Notes: generated from the sequence alone by a model not told the origin. Counted from the first letter of the stretch, positions 1 through 9,471 are shown. The stretch: DNA of 50,034 nt from Candidatus Onthoplasma sp. (GCA_050874685.1 JBNMLD010000002.1:1-50034); one strand, 5' to 3'. Translations and numbers: made by a program.

Positions 1-204
1 ACAAACACTTTGTATGTAAACTGCGGAGAATGTGAAGAGATGTTTAGTTCAGGCTGTACTGTTACAGATTTCAACTGGATAACTGATGTTCCTACAAAGA
101 ATTTTAAATGCGGTGTTAAATTGAGATATAGACAACCTGACCAAAATGTTTTGGTTGAATTGATTGATGAACATACTTTAAAATTGAATTTTATTAAAAT
201 CTAA
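1..204 (+). CDS. 3' part of a second mnmA-like copy. It is open at the left window edge and C-terminally truncated relative to the neighbouring full copy, so it may be a pseudogene.
   Basis: The frame is open from base 1 and reads TNT-LYVNCGECEEMFSSGCTVTDFNWITDVPTKNFKCGVKLRYRQPDQNVLVELIDEHTLKLNFIKI*. This is near-identical to residues about 275-340 of the minus-strand MnmA at 235..1320, but it stops about 33 aa early. Confidence 0.6.
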   Translation, partial: TNTLYVNCGECEEMFSSGCTVTDFNWITDVPTKNFKCGVKLRYRQPDQNVLVELIDEHTLKLNFIKI

Positions 205-234
205 AATCAAAGCATTAATAATTATAATAAATTT

Positions 235-1320
235 TTATTTTATCAATTCGTTGATTCTTCCACCGCCATAACACATACCGTCTTCAGCATACAAAACTGC
301 AAACTGTCCAATTGTTACAGCACGTTGACGTTCATCAAAAGTTAATTTCAAACTGTGTTTATCTATCAATTCAACCAAAACATTTTGATCAGGTTGCCTA
401 TATCTTAATTTAACTCCACATTTAAAATCGTTTGTAGGAACATCTGTTATCCAGTTGAAGTCTGTAACTATACAACCCGAACTAAACATCTCTTCACATT
501 CTCCGCAGTTTACATACAAAGTGTTTGTTTTAACATCTTTTTTAACAACAAACCATCTATCAGCATCATAACCATTTTTACCACCAATATTCAGCCCCCT
601 GCGTTGACCTATTGTATAATACATTACTCCATCATGTCTGCCAACAACATTCCCTTGCAAATCTTTAATATCGCCTGGCTGAGCAGGAAGGAATGATTTT
701 AAAAATTGTCTAAAATTCCTTTCTCCAATAAAGCAAATACCTGTACTATCTTTCTTTTCAGCTGTGCTTAAACCAAGTTTTTTTGCAATCGCTCTAACTT
801 CTGTTTTATCAATATCAGCAAGAGGGAAAAGTGTACGTTCAAGTTGTGATTGATTAAGTTGATTTAAAAAATATGTTTGATCTTTATTTTTGTCATGAGA
901 CTTATACAAATAGACTTTGCCGTCTTTATCTACACGTTTGCAATAATGACCGGTTGCAATATAGTCAGCACCAAGTTCCATCGCATGTTTCAAAAATGGC
1001 CCAAACTTAATCTCTTTATTACACATTACATCAGGATTTGGTGTATAACCCTTTTCATATTCTTCCAAAAAATAACTGAACACTCTATCCTTATATTCTT
1101 TTGCATAGTTGACTGTATAGTAAGGAATACCAATTTTATTTGCAACACGTTTAACATCTTCAAAATCTTGCTCTGCTGTGCAATTGCCCTTATCGTCAGT
1201 TTCTTCCCAATTAAGCATAAAAAGCCCAATAACATTATATCCCTGTTGTTTAAGCAAATAGGCAGCAACTGAACTATCAACGCCACCAGACAACCCAACA
1301 ACCACTGTTTTATTTTCCAT
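235..1320 (-). CDS. mnmA: tRNA 2-thiouridine(34) synthase MnmA
   Basis: N-terminal PP-loop VVVGLSGGVDSSVAA, and TGHY and CFIGER motifs. I chose the ATG at 1320 (MENKTVVV) because AGGAGA lies 7 nt upstream; the ORF track starts 11 codons earlier. Confidence 0.93.
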   Translation of the reverse strand: MENKTVVVGLSGGVDSSVAAYLLKQQGYNVIGLFMLNWEETDDKGNCTAEQDFEDVKRVANKIGIPYYTVNYAKEYKDRVFSYFLEEYEKGYTPNPDVMCNKEIKFGPFLKHAMELGADYIATGHYCKRVDKDGKVYLYKSHDKNKDQTYFLNQLNQSQLERTLFPLADIDKTEVRAIAKKLGLSTAEKKDSTGICFIGERNFRQFLKSFLPAQPGDIKDLQGNVVGRHDGVMYYTIGQRRGLNIGGKNGYDADRWFVVKKDVKTNTLYVNCGECEEMFSSGCIVTDFNWITDVPTNDFKCGVKLRYRQPDQNVLVELIDKHSLKLTFDERQRAVTIGQFAVLYAEDGMCYGGGRINELIK

Positions 1321-1442
1321 ATTTTCTCCTGTTTTAAACATTTGTAAAAGCAAATTATTTTTTATTTTTTTAATAAAATCATAGCAAATGACGCAAATCC
1401 TAATAAAAAACTTAAATTTTTAATGATTTTAATTTATTTTTG

Positions 1443-1916
1443 CTAAACCAAATCTACGCTGACCGGTATTTTGTATTTATTCAATATTATGTTAATTATA
1501 TCAAATAACCACATAACTAACACCGCACCCCATATCAACACCAATATAGAAATTATCTCATAAAGCCAGCCTGTGATTGTCGCTTTAAACACAACTGATA
1601 AGATAGAATTCATCAAACCAAACAAAAAGAAAATCGTGCAAAACAACCCTCTTCCAGTTCTGCCAACATAGTAATTGTGTCCACCTGCGAAACCTAAAAA
1701 AATAGCCATCAACAAAAGTTTGGTTTTATTGACATCTTTAGGACAACCATTCCTATATAAAACATCTTCTTTTCTTCCTTCACTCAACGCAACCTTGCCA
1801 GCCTTGTTTGTTGCTGATTCAAACTTTGAAAAATTAAGTTCACAGCCTGGGCACACATTGGCACCAATAGGCATTTTTAAATTGCATCTAGGACATCTTT
1901 TATTTAATTTAGCCAT
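1443..1916 (-). CDS. zinc-ribbon plus TM2-domain membrane protein
   Basis: N-terminal CPRC-x13-CPGC zinc ribbon. C-terminal TM2-like segment LLLMAIFLGFAGGHNYYVGRTGRGLF plus a second TM helix. Confidence 0.7.
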   Translation of the reverse strand: MAKLNKRCPRCNLKMPIGANVCPGCELNFSKFESATNKAGKVALSEGRKEDVLYRNGCPKDVNKTKLLLMAIFLGFAGGHNYYVGRTGRGLFCTIFFLFGLMNSILSVVFKATITGWLYEIISILVLIWGAVLVMWLFDIINIILNKYKIPVSVDLV

Positions 1917-2088
1917 ATCTTTATAGTATCACAATAAATCAATTTTGTAAATAGAATGATTTATTCATTTCTGTTTTAAATATCTGTTTCTCAACAGATT
2001 TAACAAATTTTAACCTAAATATTTAAATCACTAGATTTTTTTTGATTTTTTATTTAGAATAAAATTATAGAAGTTTTAAGGAGTGTTT

Positions 2089-2511
2089 ATGATTATATTA
2101 TCATGTGACCATGCAGGTTTTGACGCCATGCAAAAAATTGCCCATTATTTTGACACAAAGAAGATTGAATATAAATATATGGGACCAGCTAAATTTGACA
2201 AAGATGATGATTATCCAGATTTAATAGCCCCTGCAACTCAAGAGGTTTTGAAAAGCACAGATAATTGCGGAATATTTTTGTGCGGTTCAGGTGTTGGTGC
2301 AAACATCGTTGCCAATAGACAAAAAGGTATCAGGGCTGTTAATGCTTATGATTGTGCAATCGCATATTTAGCTAGGAAAGATGAAGATGCAAATGTTTTA
2401 ACAATGGGCGCAAGATTGTTAAGCACAAGAGCCATGATAAAAATCATAAAAGTGTTTTTAACAAGCGAATTTGAAGGCGGAAGACACGCAAGAAGAATTG
2501 CGAAATATTAA
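2089..2511 (+). CDS. rpiB: RpiB/LacA/LacB-family sugar-phosphate isomerase (ribose-5-phosphate isomerase B)
   Basis: MIILSCDHAGF, CGSGVGANIVANRQKGIRA and GGRHARRI motifs. AAGGAG lies 6 nt before the ATG at 2089. Confidence 0.85.
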   Translation: MIILSCDHAGFDAMQKIAHYFDTKKIEYKYMGPAKFDKDDDYPDLIAPATQEVLKSTDNCGIFLCGSGVGANIVANRQKGIRAVNAYDCAIAYLARKDEDANVLTMGARLLSTRAMIKIIKVFLTSEFEGGRHARRIAKY

Positions 2512-2645
2512 CAATTAACAAAAATATTTTAATCAAAAACACAAATATAAATTATCAACCTTAATATAAGCAAAAAATATTTGCTAAAATAAACAAGCAT
2601 TCACTAATAAAAAAACATAATTTGTCACCAATAACAATAAGAAAA

Positions 2646-2678
2646 AATTCACCAAATATCATGGTGAATTTTTTATTT
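2646..2678 (+). terminator. rho-independent terminator after rpiB
   Basis: Stem AATTCACCA / TGGTGAATT with a 7-nt loop, followed by TTTTATTTT. Confidence 0.7.
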
Positions 2679-2832
2679 TAATACGGAATAAATATTTAAT
2701 ACAAATAAAATAAAAATTTATTATTAAATTATTTGTAAATTAATTATCAATAAATAATTTATTAAAAAATAAATAAAATATTAATAAAAATAATTAAATT
2801 TTTAATTATTTATTAAATTAAAAAAATATTTT

Positions 2833-3717
2833 TTAAAATTTTGGTGTGTACTTACTATCCGCACTTGATAAGTCTTGTGTGTAACAATTCATCATTCCAA
2901 GTTTTATTGCATGGCTCACAACACGCTTATATTCAATAGGTGTCAGTTTGCGATTTATTTCTGGATAGTCCTTTGCCTGATATTGCGGTTCATATTGACT
3001 CATCAAACTCACGATGCAATCTGCACCAAGTTCTTTTGCAACAAAGTCCAAACACTTGATACTATCATCAGTATGAGTTGGCAGAATCAAATGACGAATT
3101 ATCACACCTTTTTTCATCAGTCCATTTTCGAAAATGTTTTTTGGTTGCTGTCTTACCATTTCTTTTATCACTGCTTGATTGTTCTTTACATAATTTGGGG
3201 CTTTGCTATATTTTGACGCCAAATCATCAGATGCATATTTTAAATCGACAAGATAAACATCAACCAAACCTTTCAGCCTTTTTATTGTTTCAACGGTTTC
3301 ATATCCGCCACTGTTCCAAACAACAGGTATTTTAGGTTTATATATTTTCAATGCTTCAATTATTTGTTCAGTGTAATGTGTTGGTGTAACCAGATTTATA
3401 TTTAATGCACCCGCTTGCTCCAATTGCTTAATAATACCAACCAAATCTTCGATAGTTTTATACTCTCCTTTATTCAAATGACTTATCTCATAATTTTGAC
3501 AAAACACACATTTTAGATTACAGCCCGCAAAGAATATTGCACCGCTCCCCTTATCTGATTCAGCCCCACTTATACATGGCTCTTCATAATGGTGCAACAT
3601 AACTTTGCTGATTTTCAATTTGTCAGTCTGCATGCAAAAACCAGCCAGTTTTGTTCTGTCAACATTGCACTGACGTGGACATATATTGCACCTATTTGAT
3701 TGGAAATCTTTTTGCAT
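2833..3717 (-). CDS. radical SAM protein, PflX-like (pyruvate formate-lyase activase-related family)
   Basis: N-terminal CNICPRQC cluster and the canonical radical SAM CNLKCVFCQNY (CxxxCxxC) motif. Confidence 0.8.
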   Translation of the reverse strand: MQKDFQSNRCNICPRQCNVDRTKLAGFCMQTDKLKISKVMLHHYEEPCISGAESDKGSGAIFFAGCNLKCVFCQNYEISHLNKGEYKTIEDLVGIIKQLEQAGALNINLVTPTHYTEQIIEALKIYKPKIPVVWNSGGYETVETIKRLKGLVDVYLVDLKYASDDLASKYSKAPNYVKNNQAVIKEMVRQQPKNIFENGLMKKGVIIRHLILPTHTDDSIKCLDFVAKELGADCIVSLMSQYEPQYQAKDYPEINRKLTPIEYKRVVSHAIKLGMMNCYTQDLSSADSKYTPKF

Positions 3718-3806
3718 GATTAAATTTTAGTTCCAAATCAAGATTTTGTCAATCAATGTTCTACCAATGTGGACAAGCAAATATAATAATAATGAGGTAA
3801 CAAAAA

Positions 3807-4499
3807 ATGAAAAAGAAAATATTAATTTTATTGCTTGCAGTTTGCTGCATTGGATTAACCGCTTGCGGAGGCAAGAATTTTGATTTATCCAATTATTTAA
3901 TTGAAGAAAGACAAAACTTATACACTGCACAAGATGACCTTTACACAACAACTTTCAGTTCTGGTATGCGTGAAGAAAATTATGCCTTTGACGGAATAAA
4001 AAACAATATGGTTGAATTTGGCATTGTAAGCATTTCAAGGCTAGACTCTGCCCCAATGAGCAATGACACATATACATACACTGTTAAAATCAACGACCAA
4101 ACTTACACTGGCGAACTCACAAAAAGTGAAACTGACAATTCTTATTCAGCAGATATCCAAGCCATTGCACCAGCAGACGCAACAGTAAGTGTTCAAATAA
4201 TATTCACTGGTTATAGTTTTAACAAAGAAATGGTCAACTGTTCTTCAACCTTCACTGTGGATAAATCTTCAGCTTTAAAAATTGCAAACAACAACTTAAA
4301 ACAAAATGCTAGTGAACTTCTATCTGATAAAAACACAAAGATAGAAGCAGTAATGAAAATCGTAAAAGATAGCGCAAACACTGAAACAAACAATTACTAT
4401 TGGTATGTTGGCATTGTATCCACAAATGGTGATGTTCTTGGTGTTTTAATTGATAGCGCAAATGGCAATATTATAGCAAAAAAGTTTAGCAGGTGCTAA
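3807..4499 (+). CDS. lipoprotein with a PepSY-like C-terminus
   Basis: Signal peptide MKKKILILLLAVCCIGLTAC with lipobox L-T-A-C. C-terminal YYWYVGIVSTNGDVLGVLIDSANGNIIAKKF resembles a PepSY fold motif. Confidence 0.7.
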   Translation: MKKKILILLLAVCCIGLTACGGKNFDLSNYLIEERQNLYTAQDDLYTTTFSSGMREENYAFDGIKNNMVEFGIVSISRLDSAPMSNDTYTYTVKINDQTYTGELTKSETDNSYSADIQAIAPADATVSVQIIFTGYSFNKEMVNCSSTFTVDKSSALKIANNNLKQNASELLSDKNTKIEAVMKIVKDSANTETNNYYWYVGIVSTNGDVLGVLIDSANGNIIAKKFSRC

Positions 4500-4555
4500 A
4501 CTTTTTTTATCTCTAAATGTAAAAATTTAAACAATAACTTTTAACTTCTATACAT

Positions 4556-4975
4556 CTAACCATTAATAACTTTTTCAACAATATCTTTATTGTCATCAAT
4601 CAAATTGAAAGCATCAATCATAGCCTCGTCTATGTTGCCAGTTTGCAAAAAATCTTTACACTTGTTTACAAAATTTATCCCATCATATCTAAATAATCTT
4701 AAATTGTCTGGGGCGATTTTTAATGACAAATTTAAAATATCGCTAACAGCTTGCCCCATTGCGTCAGAATAAAAATCAAAGAAACGATTATGCCTATTAT
4801 ACATGTTTTTGATACCAATTGCTTTACAAATCCTAATCACACAAATTTCTTTGATTTGTTTTATATATTCAGTTTCTGTTAATTCAGGTTTATCAATTTG
4901 GAAAAAATCACAAATTTTCAAAATGTTTTTTTCTTGCTCATCATAACGAGAGTTATTCGTAACACATAAGTTCAT
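4556..4975 (-). CDS. hypothetical protein (139 aa from the ATG at 4975)
   Basis: ORF with GAGGAA 9 nt upstream of the ATG at 4975 (MNLCVTNNSRY). The track's longer start at 5038 would overlap a promoter-like element. I recognise no family. Confidence 0.55.
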   Translation of the reverse strand: MNLCVTNNSRYDEQEKNILKICDFFQIDKPELTETEYIKQIKEICVIRICKAIGIKNMYNRHNRFFDFYSDAMGQAVSDILNLSLKIAPDNLRLFRYDGINFVNKCKDFLQTGNIDEAMIDAFNLIDDNKDIVEKVING

Positions 4976-4996
4976 ATCTTTTGTTTCCTCAAAAAC

Positions 4997-5038
4997 AATA
5001 TAATATATTTTTGTACAAAAGTCAACGTTTTTGTACAA
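4997..5038 (-). promoter_or_regulatory. sigma70-like promoter with two palindromic TTGTACAA boxes
   Basis: On the minus strand: TTGACT (5025..5020), 17 nt, TATATT (5002..4997). TTGTACAA boxes sit at 5011..5018 and 5031..5038, exactly 20 bp apart, bracketing the -35. Confidence 0.5.
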
Positions 5039-5043
5039 AAAAG

Positions 5044-5385
5044 TTAGATATTTGAAACTTTGGCAAATTCTTGATGTTCTTGTTCATATCTCAATTTCAT
5101 TTCTTTGTACTTTTCACTCAAATCGAATATGTATTTCTGCTTACCTTCCAAAGTAAGGCTATTGTAATATTTATTGTCAATAAGTTCTTTGATTGGATTG
5201 ATAACAATTGTATCACTGTCCAAAATCCTACACACCCGCTCGTAAAGATTTTGTTCCTTTTCACTCAACCCAATTTTTGCATAAGGTAATTGCTCAAAAA
5301 CCGATTTCTCCCTATTATAATTTCTCATTCTGCTTTTAGCATCTCTAGCCATAAAATATAATTTACCTTTGATTTTCTTTCTCAT
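5044..5385 (-). CDS. hypothetical basic/acidic helical protein (113 aa)
   Basis: ORF preceded by AAGGGGGA. Charged, coiled-coil-like composition. I recognise no family. Confidence 0.55.
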   Translation of the reverse strand: MRKKIKGKLYFMARDAKSRMRNYNREKSVFEQLPYAKIGLSEKEQNLYERVCRILDSDTIVINPIKELIDNKYYNSLTLEGKQKYIFDLSEKYKEMKLRYEQEHQEFAKVSNI

Positions 5386-5707
5386 AAAATCCCCCTTAAA
5401 TAAAAACTATTTAAAAACAAAATCATAATACTAAAAACACAAAGTTAGACAAAATCTTTTATGTTAAAATTATTGTCATATTTATGCTATTTGTGCTATT
5501 TAAACTTAATTTTGTCGATTTTCACTTTTGGGTGATTTTGTTGAAATGATTTTTTAATCAAAATATAATATTACTCGTAACTATTCAAATATCTTTCAAA
5601 TAAAAAAACATGATAAATAATCATGCTTTATATTTTAAAATTTTGTATAGATATAAATGGATTTGTTTATCAACACACATATAAGTTATTTGTCGTTAAA
5701 GACACAA

Positions 5708-5733
5708 CAAAAAAAGCAGGCATACAACCTGCT
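5708..5733 (-). terminator. rho-independent terminator of the SPFH/zinc-ribbon operon
   Basis: Minus strand: AGCAGG-ttgtatg-CCTGCT followed by TTTTTTT, 8 nt after the stop at 5741. Confidence 0.75.
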
Positions 5734-5740
5734 TTATTAA

Positions 5741-6178
5741 CTAAAATTTGTGTCCACAATGAGCACAATATTCTGCTTCAGGGTCACTTTTGCCTTTGCA
5801 AAGTGGACAAACTCGTTTTTCCTTTGGTGTTTGTTTTGCTCCGCAATGTGTGCAAAATTCTTCATCTTTATTTAACAATTTGCCACATTTGTCGCAAAGT
5901 CTGTCGCCGTCAACACCTTTTGCATAACCAATATCTCTAACACTCTTCCTGTATCCAGACATACCTGCACTGACAATCAACATCGACACGCCAAACATAA
6001 GCAAACATAATGCAACAATGCCAGCAACAACTACAATGATATATTTTGACCAATGTGACATTTTGATAACTGCCATAGCACCGCCAAAGCCTGCACCAAC
6101 AGCCAAAAGAATCATCAAAACTGAAACAAGGATTAATGCTGTTTTTCCATAACGAAGTTCTTTATACCTAAAACACAT
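5741..6178 (-). CDS. membrane protein with two C-terminal zinc ribbons
   Basis: Two predicted TM helices, then CDKCG-x10-CTHCG and CPLC-x10-CAHCG. GGTGA RBS lies 11 nt after the upstream gene's stop. Confidence 0.7.
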   Translation of the reverse strand: MCFRYKELRYGKTALILVSVLMILLAVGAGFGGAMAVIKMSHWSKYIIVVVAGIVALCLLMFGVSMLIVSAGMSGYRKSVRDIGYAKGVDGDRLCDKCGKLLNKDEEFCTHCGAKQTPKEKRVCPLCKGKSDPEAEYCAHCGHKF

Positions 6179-6189
6179 ATTTCACCAAC

Positions 6190-7305
6190 CTAAACTTTTT
6201 CTCCGCAATCTGGGCAGAATTTTGCCTTTGCAGAAAGAGTTTTTCCACATTTTGCACAAACTTTTCCAACTTCAAGTTTGTTGCCACAATTAACACAGAA
6301 TTTGCTTCCCTTTGTGATAGGTTCACCACATTTAGGACAAGATAATGCTTGTGTTGCACCACATTCTGGGCAGAATTTTGATTTGCCAGGGATAGAAGCA
6401 CCACATTTAACGCATTGAACAGTAACTTGACGTTTGCTATCTTTTGCTCCTGCAATTGCTTCGCCAAAAACGTTGCCCATTTGCACACCAGCACCTAAAC
6501 CAACACCCATGCCAGCCAACCCTGCACCTGCTGGATTTTTTGCAGATTCTTCAATAGCATTCGCTGCCTTGAATTGTGTATATGTGCCCATTTTGTCGCT
6601 CATAACACCCATTTTTGTGCGTTCATCAAGCATTTTCTCAACATCTTCTGGCAATGACAAGTTTTCAATAACAAAGTTAGAAACTTTTAAGCCCAAAGGC
6701 GCAAATTCTTCTTTTGCGTGTTGTTCAACAGCTTTGCCAAGTTCTTTATATTTTGATGCCAAGTCAAGGGCTGAAACCTTGCTTTCAGCAATAACGTCTG
6801 TAAGCAATTGAATAAGGCTTGATTTGTATTGAGTTGCAACATCTCCAACACGGTAAATTGGGCTTGTGCCAAAACATTCACGCATGAATTTTGTTGGGTC
6901 ATTTACTTGGATAGAGAATGTACCAAAACCACGCAAACGCACATTGCCGAAGTCCACATCACGCATCATGATAGGGTTTTGAGTACCCCACTTTAACCCC
7001 ATAAAACGCTTTGTGTTAATGAAATAAACTTCTGCCTTGATACGACTATTGCCAAGTGTTGGCAAACTCAACATCTTTGTCAAGAAAGGAATATTTTCAG
7101 TTGAAAGTTTATAAGTGCCAGCACCAAACACGTCTGCAATTTGACCTTTATGAACAAACACTGCAACTTGGCTTTCTCTAACAACCAAAGTTGAACTGTT
7201 CATAATTTCAGCGCCATTTTCCATTGGATAGCGATAAACGATTACATCAGCACTTGAATCCTTCCATTCAATAACTGACAAGAATTGTTTTTTAAATAAT
7301 CCCAT
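6190..7305 (-). CDS. SPFH (stomatin/prohibitin-like, COG4260/YdjI-type) protein with three C-terminal zinc ribbons
   Basis: N-terminus MGLFKKQFLSVIEWKD...VYRYP...STLVVRESQVAVFVHKGQI is typical of the YdjI-like SPFH family. A Gly/Ala linker is followed by 3x CxxC-x10-CxxC. AAGGAG RBS. Confidence 0.8.
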   Translation of the reverse strand: MGLFKKQFLSVIEWKDSSADVIVYRYPMENGAEIMNSSTLVVRESQVAVFVHKGQIADVFGAGTYKLSTENIPFLTKMLSLPTLGNSRIKAEVYFINTKRFMGLKWGTQNPIMMRDVDFGNVRLRGFGTFSIQVNDPTKFMRECFGTSPIYRVGDVATQYKSSLIQLLTDVIAESKVSALDLASKYKELGKAVEQHAKEEFAPLGLKVSNFVIENLSLPEDVEKMLDERTKMGVMSDKMGTYTQFKAANAIEESAKNPAGAGLAGMGVGLGAGVQMGNVFGEAIAGAKDSKRQVTVQCVKCGASIPGKSKFCPECGATQALSCPKCGEPITKGSKFCVNCGNKLEVGKVCAKCGKTLSAKAKFCPDCGEKV

Positions 7306-7424
7306 AATTTCTCCTTAACCTTAAAAAAGGTATCATTATTACTTTAATAATAATACAAATTTTGCAAACTTGTCAATTATTTTTTATTATCATAAGATTA
7401 ATAATTAGTCCTATATGGTGTAAT

Positions 7425-8183
7425 TTATTTTTTAGCATTTGTCTTATTTGTTTTTAATTTTAACTTTTGACTAAAGCGAGTTAAAAATTCGTCAATCTTT
7501 GTTTGATATTTAACACTAAAATAAAACAGCAAAGCCATGCTTATAGCAATCAAAAACCAAACAGCCCAGCCCCAGCCAGAAAAAGGAATAATTGAACCAC
7601 TTCCAAACAGAACAGTGCAAGCAATACCTATTGACCGACAAATCACATTGCTCCAAAAGAAAAATGAAAAACTCATATTTGTAAGTCCCGCCACCACACA
7701 TAAAATGTCATCAGGGAACATTGGGAACAACATCATCAAAAAGAATACGTATTTACCTTCACTTATAATTGAAATCCATTTATTTGTGCTTTCTTCTCCT
7801 ACTATCCAATGTAGAAACTTTCTGCCAGCCTTTCTACCCAGCCAAAAATTAAAAAGACTGCCAATCATTATTGCAATAAAAGATAATAAAAATGCCTTCC
7901 ATTTTGGAAATATAAGCACGCCCGTCATCGTCACAACAATTGCAGGGATTTGCAATACCGTGGTTTGCAAAAATTGCAAAAGCATAAATATCAAAGAGCT
8001 AAAAATTCCACCATGTTGCACAACTTGACGCAATTTTTCTATTGAATTGATTTTGTCCCACCAACCACACTTTTTTATTATTAAAATGGCTATTAAAATT
8101 AATAGTGCAAGTCCAACAAAAAAAACAAGCGCACGCAAAATCGTTGTGCCAAAGCCATGCTTGTTCTCTTTGTTTTTACTCAT
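7425..8183 (-). CDS. TVP38/TMEM64 (DedA-related) family membrane protein
   Basis: Multi-TM protein with the family-typical segment ...LQIPAIVVTMTGVLIFPKWKAFLLSFIAIMIGSLFNFWLGRKAGRKF.... Confidence 0.75.
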   Translation of the reverse strand: MSKNKENKHGFGTTILRALVFFVGLALLILIAILIIKKCGWWDKINSIEKLRQVVQHGGIFSSLIFMLLQFLQTTVLQIPAIVVTMTGVLIFPKWKAFLLSFIAIMIGSLFNFWLGRKAGRKFLHWIVGEESTNKWISIISEGKYVFFLMMLFPMFPDDILCVVAGLTNMSFSFFFWSNVICRSIGIACTVLFGSGSIIPFSGWGWAVWFLIAISMALLFYFSVKYQTKIDEFLTRFSQKLKLKTNKTNAKK

Positions 8184-8294
8184 ATATTATTATATGATAA
8201 AAATATCAATTTAAGATAATTTATTTGAATAATATTTTTTAGTCAACGTCTAATACCTTTCCGCCTTTTTAAGGTTTATAATAATCGCCAATGT

Positions 8295-9311
8295 TTAAAT
8301 AAATTTTTCTGTTTCTGCAATTATTTTATCCATCATTTTTACTGCTTCAACTGGATATCTGCCTGAAGCAGATTCGCCAGATAGCATAACAGCATTTGTG
8401 CCGTCATATAGGGCATTCGCCACATCACTAACTTCCGCCCTTGTTGGTCGCTTGTTGTAAATCATGCTTTCCATCATTTCAGTTGCAACAATAACAAACT
8501 TACCTTTTCTTACCGTTTTAGCAATCATGTCTTTTTGAATATGTGGCAATTTTTCCATTGCAACTTCAACGCCTAAATCTCCCCTTGCAACCATTATGCC
8601 GTCACAAGATGATATAATTTCATCAAGATTTTTAACACCCAATGCTGATTCTATTTTTGCAATAACTTTCATTTTGCCATTATTTTCAGCAATAAATTTT
8701 TTAACTACCGAACAATCTTTTTTGCTGTTTACAAAACTGATTGCCACCATGTCAAATTTATTTTTAATTGCCCACAAAATATCCTCTTTATCTTTGTCGT
8801 TAAGATATTTTATATTAAGTTTAAGGTTTGGTATAAACAGACTTTTGTTGTTGCTTAATGTGCCAGAATTTTTTGCTACACATATAATCTCACTATCGGT
8901 TTTATCTTCAACTTTAAATTCAAGCAAACCGTCATTTGCCAAGATTTTGCTGTCGATTTCTATATTCTTAACAATACTTGGCTGATTTAAAGCAACACGT
9001 TCAGCATTACCAACCACATTTTTTGCAGAGAAAATGAACTGCTGACCCTTTTTTATTTCTACCTTACCGTTTTCAAACTTTTTAACTCTTATTTCTGGGC
9101 CACGGGTATCAAGCATAAGTTGAAGTTTTATGCCTGTTTCTTTTTTCAATTGTTTAACATTGGCTACAATGGTGTCCATATCTTGCCTTACAGCATGCGA
9201 AAGATTGATTCTAACAATATCCATGCCAGCCTGCGCCATTTTTTTCATTGTTTGATATGCTATACTGCTAGGCCCAATTGTTGCCACAATTTGTGTTTTA
9301 TTATTTTTCAT
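8295..9311 (-). CDS. pyk: pyruvate kinase, short form lacking the C-terminal regulatory domain
   Basis: [38 protein letters not shown] and LSGESA motifs. The protein ends right after the A-domain (338 aa). Confidence 0.9.
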   Translation of the reverse strand: MKNNKTQIVATIGPSSIAYQTMKKMAQAGMDIVRINLSHAVRQDMDTIVANVKQLKKETGIKLQLMLDTRGPEIRVKKFENGKVEIKKGQQFIFSAKNVVGNAERVALNQPSIVKNIEIDSKILANDGLLEFKVEDKTDSEIICVAKNSGTLSNNKSLFIPNLKLNIKYLNDKDKEDILWAIKNKFDMVAISFVNSKKDCSVVKKFIAENNGKMKVIAKIESALGVKNLDEIISSCDGIMVARGDLGVEVAMEKLPHIQKDMIAKTVRKGKFVIVATEMMESMIYNKRPTRAEVSDVANALYDGTNAVMLSGESASGRYPVEAVKMMDKIIAETEKFI

Positions 9312-9443
9312 AATTCCCCTTTCTTCTAAATTATTTTACCAAACGTTAAATTAAAAACAAAATTGTTTTTATGTCTAAACACGCCATTTGCGTAAAAAAT
9401 TTTAATTTATTTTGCGTTTGTTTTGCTAATTTTTAAAAAAATA

Positions 9444-9471
9444 TTGAAATTTTTACCATTTATGCTATAAT
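9444..9471 (+). promoter_or_regulatory. promoter of ssrA
   Basis: TTGAAA (9444..9449), 16 nt, TGcTATAAT (extended -10, 9463..9471), about 10 nt before the tmRNA 5' end. Confidence 0.7.

Noticed and set aside
6168-6494. 108-aa ORF and other alternative-frame or antisense ORFs in the track (e.g. 877..1272, 1026..1301, 6434..6811, 13466..13681, 25927..26328, 27348..27761, 40068..40397, 43919..44194)
   Set aside because: All lie wholly inside, or antisense to, strongly supported conserved genes. They lack RBSs and have low-complexity or odd compositions. They are shadow ORFs typical of long genes.
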